DNA of 64,000 bases. Origin: Candidatus Bathyarchaeia archaeon (GTDB taxonomy: Archaea > Thermoproteota > Bathyarchaeia > 40CM-2-53-6). Of this stretch, positions 58,012-64,000 are shown one piece after another (positions within the stretch are counted from its first letter, which is position 1; the number at the start of each line of letters is the position of its first letter). The stretch covers positions 960,001 through 1,024,000 of the forward strand of contig JBEKFP010000001.1 of assembly GCA_050013255.1 (NCBI GenBank), in the 5' to 3' direction. Under the pieces are notes generated by a model, which was not told the origin of the DNA, did not search any database, and saw only the letters and a list, made by a program, of their open reading frames with translations. The position numbers and the translations under genes are program-made.

Positions 58012-58785
58012 CTAGTCCAGTTTGCTTAGTTCAAGTAAGAAATCGCAAAATCTCTCTACCAAACCGTCAACTATCTTGGTTCCCTTTTCTTTATTCCCCC
58101 TCGTGGCGTAACCTATCGTGCCGCTATTAGTTATCTCTTTGAAACTTGGTAAACCGAAACCGCTTACCTTGGGCGGGGCAGCATAGTGATCGTATTTGAT
58201 GAACGAGGATTCCGTCTTAGGTACTTCATCCGTCGCGGCAGCCATCACAACTCGCTGATCTAGGCCCAACGCCAGGGACGTCTCGTGTTCATCAGCGTGA
58301 AAAACAGGGCGTCCACACGTCTTGTCTATAATGTCGGATCCTATTTCCCAGTAGCCTGTTTGATAGAGGCGTGCCTTTGTCTCAAGCGTGAGTTCGCTTA
58401 TGACTATTTGTAATGCAGGGGTATTGCCACCATGGCCATTGATAATGACTATCTTTCTGAATCCGTGACTAATTAGACTCCGACAGACATCCTTCATTAA
58501 CTCAATGAATGTTTCGGTTCTCAGACTTATCGTCCCTGGAAAACCCATGTGATGCGGAGAAATCCCGTAAGGAATCGTTGGACACACAACCACCTGAACT
58601 TTATCTCTCAGTCTTAGCGCGACAAGCTTTGAAATCTCAGTGGCCGTGTAGTGGTCGTTATCCACGGGTAGATGCCTGCCATGCTGTTCCGTCGAACCCA
58701 CGGGAACGATCGCGATATTCGTCTTCTGTAGGGCATCACTTACTTCAGGCCAAGTTAGCTTGGACAAACGATACTCTTTTGACAT
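58012..58785 (-). CDS. creatininase/creatinine amidohydrolase family protein
   Basis: PVGSTEQHGRHLP..D, SPHHMGFPGTISL, NGHGGN, HADEHETS. Confidence 0.92.
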   Translation of the reverse strand: MSKEYRLSKLTWPEVSDALQKTNIAIVPVGSTEQHGRHLPVDNDHYTATEISKLVALRLRDKVQVVVCPTIPYGISPHHMGFPGTISLRTETFIELMKDVCRSLISHGFRKIVIINGHGGNTPALQIVISELTLETKARLYQTGYWEIGSDIIDKTCGRPVFHADEHETSLALGLDQRVVMAAATDEVPKTESSFIKYDHYAAPPKVSGFGLPSFKEITNSGTIGYATRGNKEKGTKIVDGLVERFCDFLLELSKLD

Positions 58786-59214
58786 AACGAAGGAATGCCG
58801 TAAGCTTGGTAGTATAACACGGCACCCGTTTGCGAGACTGAGAAGCAGTCACAGCGTTATTATCAGCGCGCAGTACGTGCTCGCATATTTTCACAGCAGC
58901 AGTGACATGGGTCTTGTGCAGACCAAACTGCCAACCCAATTTCAGGTTCTCTAATGGGAAACGATTTCAGTGATTCGCGGCTCTCTTGGGGTCTTCCTAC
59001 CCAAATCCTGTTAGAGACACAAACACAGATTCGTTTGCCTTGCTCCATCCGTGGCTAGGAACTCTCGAACGTATTTGTAGGGTCCGAGTCTGTGGAGAAC
59101 GTGCCACATCGGAACGTTCACGATGATAGGCTTGTGTATGGGACCTCTTTTCCATCATGGCCTACAGCAAATGAAAATAGCACGGCCGTTCATTCATGAA
59201 TTGGTTTTTATGAA

Positions 59215-60363
59215 ATGATTCGAATTGATGCCAAACAAATCTTGGATTTGCTCAAGCAGTTAGTCAGAACACCAAGCGTCAACCCCGCCATAGATCACAG
59301 TCAGGATGAGGGAGCGATTGCGGACTTGATCGCCAAATGGTTCAGAAAGACTGGTCGCTTCAGCGTCTATGAGCAGAAGGTTGCCAAAGGGAGATTCAAT
59401 GTTGTGGCCATTCTCAGAGGGACGGGTCGTGGAAGAAGCCTGATGTTGAATGGTCATATGGACACCGTTGGCACAGTCGGGATGACCGTGAAGCCCTTCA
59501 CTCCCTCCATCGTGAACGGTAAATTGTTCGGCCGAGGTTCATGCGACATGAAAGGATCCATAGCCGCGATGATTGGTGCCATGGCGGCGCTGGCCGCTTC
59601 CAATAGGAAATTGGCGGGAGACGTACTGTTCACAGGAGTTGTTGACGAGGAGTATATGAGCATAGGAACTTCTGAACTCATTAAACGGTTCCGAGCTGAC
59701 GCCGCAGTCGTGGGTGAGCCCACAAACATGAACATCGGCGTCGCCCACAAAGGATACGCGTGGCTGGAGGTTGAAACTATTGGCAAACCCGCTCACGGAT
59801 CGATGCCGGAGAAGGGTATCGATGCAATTGAAAAGATGGCGCTACTCATCAGTCTCCTTGGTTCGATTCGCAGGAAGTACAATCTCAATAGGCATCCCCT
59901 CCTCGGAGTAGCTAGCATTCACACATCGACGATCACTGGTGGCTCGGATTGGAGCACCGTCCCCGCAAGATGCGTGTTGGATCTTGAACGAAGACTGCTT
60001 CCCGGTGAAGACCCTCAAGATCCTGTCGAGGAGCTGCGAAAGGCCATCAAGGAATGTTCACGGCGAGACAAAAGCCTCAAGGCTACCGTCCGGCTGATTC
60101 ATCACGCGGACCCGATGCAAATCAATGATGCTCCTCACATTTCGATCCTGAAGAAGAATCTGAGTGGACTAGGTCGGATAGTCGGTGTCCCGTATTGGAC
60201 TGATGGTTCCATTCTTTGGAACCGGGCTGAAATCCCAACCTGCCTTTTTGGTCCAGGAGATATCGCCGTAGCTCATGGGCCTGCCGAACATGTCAAAATA
60301 GAAGATGTCCTCAGGGCTGCGCGCGTCTATGCTGAGACAGCAGCTGCTTACTGCATCGCGTAA
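59215..60363 (+). CDS. M20 family ArgE/DapE-like deacylase
   Basis: NGHMDTV, GRGSCDMKG, DEE, GEPT, AHGS.PEKG, GPG...AH. Confidence 0.92.
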   Translation: MIRIDAKQILDLLKQLVRTPSVNPAIDHSQDEGAIADLIAKWFRKTGRFSVYEQKVAKGRFNVVAILRGTGRGRSLMLNGHMDTVGTVGMTVKPFTPSIVNGKLFGRGSCDMKGSIAAMIGAMAALAASNRKLAGDVLFTGVVDEEYMSIGTSELIKRFRADAAVVGEPTNMNIGVAHKGYAWLEVETIGKPAHGSMPEKGIDAIEKMALLISLLGSIRRKYNLNRHPLLGVASIHTSTITGGSDWSTVPARCVLDLERRLLPGEDPQDPVEELRKAIKECSRRDKSLKATVRLIHHADPMQINDAPHISILKKNLSGLGRIVGVPYWTDGSILWNRAEIPTCLFGPGDIAVAHGPAEHVKIEDVLRAARVYAETAAAYCIA

Positions 60364-60415
60364 ATCATTATGGCTAGACGACGTTTTCTTCAGTCTTTAG
60401 TAAGTCGGTGTCTGT

Positions 60416-61363
60416 CTAGCCCTCAACTTTCCAGAACTGCTTTAAGCCTTGATCGGCAAATTCTATTATGAATCCCCGCAAAACATTCTCGCCGTATTCG
60501 GAACCAGGGTTAATGACTGGAGTCTTGCCAATTTTATCGGTTCCGGCAGATTCATGAATGTGACCGTGCAGCCCTATCATGGGCTGATACTTCTTTATCG
60601 CCTCCCTAACGGCCTTGCTGCCCACGTGTTCCGTTTGAACGCCGCCGGGACCCATAATTGGGGAGAGATCTTTCTTGAGTTTAGGCGCCATGTCAAGATT
60701 CGTGCCATATGGCGGCGGATGAATGTTGAATATGGACTTCGATGGATTCGAGAGCTTGGCGACTAATTCATCAATCTTCTTGCCTAATTGCTTCTCTTCG
60801 AGTTCTCTTGGCGAATTCCAGGGGGTTGGATTTGAATCCGCCAAGCTGATGGTTTCAAAACCGGCGAGTTCAACGACCTTATCAAGTGAGTATACGATGC
60901 CGCGATCTTCGTAGGATCGGATTACGTCGTCTATGGCAAGTGGGTCGTCGTTACCCGGCATCACTAGGACCCGTGTCTTCTTTACGTCGATCTTGTCGAG
61001 CAGGAGATCCAGCCACTCCCTCAATCGTGCCTTGATTAGTTCCGTAATGGTTTCCTCAACCTTTCTCTGATTGACTTTGAACTCCTCAATCTCCGCAGGA
61101 GTGCATTCAATCACGTACGGGCCCCCCTTCTCGAGTGAATCTTTGACCTCTTGAACTTCAGCGTCAGTAGTCAGTGTCCGCGTTACGCCGTAGGTTAGAA
61201 GTCGAGTACCGTCATTCTGCTTTGTGAGCGGAATAAGGATCTTTCCTGTCAAATCCCCGCAAAACATCAGTATATCGACATTGTACATTCCCGGGGTTCT
61301 CAACCATTTCTTCCAGGTGCCTGTCGCGCCATGGACATCTACAGAGAAGAAGGCCTTGGTCAT
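60416..61363 (-). CDS. calcineurin-like metallophosphoesterase (Icc-related, GNDD type), copy 2
   Basis: VDVHG, CGDLTGK, PGNDD, SNPTPW, HPPP, HGHIHE, NPGSEY; clear paralog of 30754..31722. Confidence 0.88.
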   Translation of the reverse strand: MTKAFFSVDVHGATGTWKKWLRTPGMYNVDILMFCGDLTGKILIPLTKQNDGTRLLTYGVTRTLTTDAEVQEVKDSLEKGGPYVIECTPAEIEEFKVNQRKVEETITELIKARLREWLDLLLDKIDVKKTRVLVMPGNDDPLAIDDVIRSYEDRGIVYSLDKVVELAGFETISLADSNPTPWNSPRELEEKQLGKKIDELVAKLSNPSKSIFNIHPPPYGTNLDMAPKLKKDLSPIMGPGGVQTEHVGSKAVREAIKKYQPMIGLHGHIHESAGTDKIGKTPVINPGSEYGENVLRGFIIEFADQGLKQFWKVEG

Positions 61364-61460
61364 CTCAATCGATCAACTACTTCCTAAGCGAACCTGCCGG
61401 AAAGAGTAATACATTGTCTACGTACGGTAATTAGACTAAATTGAATGTCGAACACATCGG

Positions 61461-61486
61461 AAACAAAAAAGGGGCCAGGAAGACCC
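61461..61486 (-). terminator. GC hairpin plus T tract downstream of APC permease 2
   Basis: Minus strand reads GGGTC-TTCCT-GGCCC-CTTTTTTGTTT. Confidence 0.45.
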
Positions 61487-61496
61487 ATTGCCGCGC

Positions 61497-63080
61497 TTAC
61501 TCCGGCGGGATTTCCTGGTAGATTTTCGAAACGTCAATACCACGTGCTGCGTTCTTTGCCTGCATCCCTAAGTAAACTACGAGTCCTATGACAACCCAGA
61601 TTGCCAGAAAAGCCATCGACGAGAAGTCCAGTTCAAGCACCGGGAAGAGGAGTAACCAAGTGCCAATGCCTACGGTGAGTAATCCTAGGATTGAAATTAC
61701 TGGTATTCCGGCCACTTTCTTTTGAAGTGGGGAAAGTTTGAACATGTCCGGGCGTTTGAATGGGAGAATCATCGCCGCCATTCCGAATATGAAGAAGATA
61801 CAATACCATGTGAAGTCGAGTGTTGCCAGCAATACTGGGATGTTTCCGACGTAGACGAAGATGGACACTAGTCCAATAATGAAAGCCACCAGTAAGCCCC
61901 AGTAAGGAACGCCTCGGCTCTCGCTGACATTCGAGAATCTCTGCGGCAGTGCTCTATCGAAGCTTTGAGCAAATAGTATCCTTGATGTTGCGACTAGAAC
62001 GGGTGGAACAGTGTTGTAGAACCAGATGGATACCATGGTCATCAGTATCACAGCTACCCAAACGTTCGGAACTAGTGAACCGGCAAATAGCGGCACTGAG
62101 GGTCTTGTAGCAGGCAGTATGCCATTGAGTACGGCCGGGTACTTGTCCCACAAGTATGTGTAGGCACTAATCAGGCCTGAGTTTGTGTAGGGGTACCAGA
62201 TAGATCCTGCTACGATTACGTACAGGAACCAGGTTCCGATGAACCCTCCTATGAGACCGTTGAAAAGGCTCTTCTTAGGTGTCTTGACCTCACCAGCTGC
62301 AAATGAAACGCTCTCCCATCCTGTGAATGCCCAGTAGACGACTAGCAGCATACCCAATGTGCTCCCCATAGAGAATGTCGGGTTCGTCCAGCCATTGGCT
62401 GATGCAGCGCTGATAATCTTCTCCGCGACGCCAGCTCCCCACGTGTTATCGAATGCGGCAAAAGCTCCACCGGGACCGACAGTAAAGGGGATTATTATGA
62501 AAGCTGCCGTGGCGATTATTGGAATGATTGTTATCACTCGCATTAGCCACTTTACTGCCCCGAGACTGTACATAGTGACTAAGAAGAAGACGACAAGTGC
62601 TAGTAGCGAGACCGCGAATCTCCCTATAGTACCGGTCATCCACACCCCTACACTAAGCATTGATGGAACGTTCGCAGCATGTCCACCCAGCACGAACACC
62701 GACGCCAGCACGCCGGTCGCAACCCATGCCATCACACCCGTTGTCAAGCCGTTTCCGAGCATATAGATCCATGAGAAAACGAAGGATACTGTTGGATCAA
62801 TCAGCCTGCTCATGACAACATACATGCCCCCCGAGCGAGGCATTATTTGGAGCATGTACGCGAGGGTTATGGCAATAGGAAGCATTGTCACGCCGCCCAG
62901 CAAGAAAGATAACCAAGGCATGGCGCCCCGATACGTCGTAGCCGTTGTGACCTGATAGTAGAGCATTCCCGAAGCGGCTGGACACGCAATTGCCCAGATA
63001 ATCACGTCCCACGTACTCAGTTCTCTTACGAGTCCTGTAGCTTGTCTTACGAAGAACGCACCCTTTTGTTGTTCAGTCAA
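61497..63080 (-). CDS. APC family amino acid/amine permease, copy 2
   Basis: FVRQATGLVRE, PRSGGMYV, AGEVK, SRILFAQSFDRALP, tail GIDVSKIYQEIPPE. Confidence 0.9.
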   Translation of the reverse strand: MTEQQKGAFFVRQATGLVRELSTWDVIIWAIACPAASGMLYYQVTTATTYRGAMPWLSFLLGGVTMLPIAITLAYMLQIMPRSGGMYVVMSRLIDPTVSFVFSWIYMLGNGLTTGVMAWVATGVLASVFVLGGHAANVPSMLSVGVWMTGTIGRFAVSLLALVVFFLVTMYSLGAVKWLMRVITIIPIIATAAFIIIPFTVGPGGAFAAFDNTWGAGVAEKIISAASANGWTNPTFSMGSTLGMLLVVYWAFTGWESVSFAAGEVKTPKKSLFNGLIGGFIGTWFLYVIVAGSIWYPYTNSGLISAYTYLWDKYPAVLNGILPATRPSVPLFAGSLVPNVWVAVILMTMVSIWFYNTVPPVLVATSRILFAQSFDRALPQRFSNVSESRGVPYWGLLVAFIIGLVSIFVYVGNIPVLLATLDFTWYCIFFIFGMAAMILPFKRPDMFKLSPLQKKVAGIPVISILGLLTVGIGTWLLLFPVLELDFSSMAFLAIWVVIGLVVYLGMQAKNAARGIDVSKIYQEIPPE

Positions 63081-63375
63081 AGAAATTTTCCTCGCAGGTG
63101 GTGAGGAAGAAATCGATTTAACACTTTCCTAAATAGAAAAATCTGGTATAGACTGAAGTGTTTGTATTAACTAAAAACCGGTTTGCATTAGGCAAAACAG
63201 ATTCGTATAGGTGTAAACAAGGTCATCTTGCCCAGAGAGTCAGGAGAGTAATCGCGATCGGTGTTCCACAACCTTGACTTTCGCGGCGCCTTTCACTAGC
63301 CTTCTTGAAGAAGCGGTCGTCAGCTAATCAGAACCCATTGCTTTGAGCTGAGGTAGCTGCGAGCTCGGTATGCTT

Positions 63376-64000
63376 TCAGAAAGCTATGGGCGTATCGATA
63401 GCTTCTTCCCACCAAGGCTTCGAATACTTCTTGTCCACGACGGGAATCGCCTCGAGGAGAGTGGCTAGCTTTTGGTCTATGGCCTGTACCACTTTGTCTG
63501 GGACTCCGCGCTTTCGGAGGATATCAGTCCTGTTCTTGAGGTTGTCCAGGTTTAATCTGACAGTCAGCCTCATCTTATCATCACGCCGGAGTTGGTCAGC
63601 CAACAGGCTTAGGTCAATATTCTCAGGTCCTGTGCCGAAGTCATGATCGTAAATTAGGGCACTCACATCCGTCAAATCTTTCAGCTCCATCCCAACAATG
63701 ATGAAGCCTCTTCGATAGCTTGGATAAGCAAGAATCCGAAAGTTTTGTCCATGTTCTTCCAGTTGCGCAACAACATCGTCCTGGGCTTCGAGAATGTACT
63801 GACACTTGGAGAGCAGGAGGTTGTTTAGTGAGATAGTATGGTGTTCATTCGTTACCGTTAGATCCTTTCGGCAATCGATCTTATGACGCATTTCAATGCG
63901 ATCAACAAAAAAGTCTAGGACCCCGATCATCGGTCTATTATCGGTTATGTCGTCAACCACATGATATCGAAAACGTTTGTTGACGCGAAGTCCATTGAAA
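63376..64000 (-). CDS. nucleotidyltransferase-like protein, copy 2 (5' end beyond the window)
   Basis: Frame open to the window edge; DFFVDRIEMRH, TISLNNLLLSKCQ, KDLTD and NLDNL align with DVFLDKLEFCH, TVPLAELLLEKMQ, KDAID and NLENV of 33578..34357. Confidence 0.7.
   Translation of the reverse strand, partial: FNGLRVNKRFRYHVVDDITDNRPMIGVLDFFVDRIEMRHKIDCRKDLTVTNEHHTISLNNLLLSKCQYILEAQDDVVAQLEEHGQNFRILAYPSYRRGFIIVGMELKDLTDVSALIYDHDFGTGPENIDLSLLADQLRRDDKMRLTVRLNLDNLKNRTDILRKRGVPDKVVQAIDQKLATLLEAIPVVDKKYSKPWWEEAIDTPIAF

Noticed and set aside
58790-59214. Short ORFs or ncRNA in the creatininase-M20 intergenic region
   Set aside because: No convincing motif, repeat or structure found
608-63646. 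Numerous overlapping or antisense ORFs in the track (e.g. 1999..2577, 7775..8419, 17133..17654, 30048..30536, 45028..45447, 52073..52627, 57402..57899)
   Set aside because: They shadow well-supported genes and show no recognisable motifs

Overview
Gene-dense archaeal chromosomal segment. HdrABC, SAMP/MoaD proteins, a CARF-wHTH regulator, Mer-like LLM enzymes and frequent TTG starts suggest Bathyarchaeia or a similar lineage (inference only). 0-18 kb: housekeeping and accessory genes (GT87-like glycosyltransferase, hdrCBA, HIT, YyaL, cystathionine beta-synthase, MFS, nth, nfeD-stomatin, BlaI/M56 pair, LLM oxidoreductase). 18.8-47.2 kb: a large purine/nucleoside catabolic island with two xanthine-dehydrogenase-family Mo enzymes, XdhC, two ubiquitin-like sulfur carriers, a Mer-like LLM reductase, adenine deaminase, a BMP-type nucleoside ABC importer, an SsnA/MtaD-like amidohydrolase, two fold-type-II PLP enzymes, two YgeW-like carbamoyltransferases and carbamate kinase. 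It looks like an archaeal variant of the anaerobic ygeW/ssnA/xdh purine pathway. 50.3-51.7 kb: a recombination scar (truncated class III aminotransferase abutting a frameshifted PD-(D/E)xK nuclease). 52.9-64 kb: ECF transporter and three amidohydrolases. The most striking unexplained feature is a three-gene module present twice in diverged form (30.7-34.4 kb and 60.4-64 kb): Pol-beta-like nucleotidyltransferase + GNDD-type calcineurin-like phosphodiesterase + APC permease with a conserved Y-x-E-[LI]-P-P tail. It is a candidate reversible nucleotidylation or signalling system tied to nitrogen-compound uptake. No rRNA, tRNA, CRISPR array or intact transposase was seen. All family calls are from motif recognition; no database search was run.
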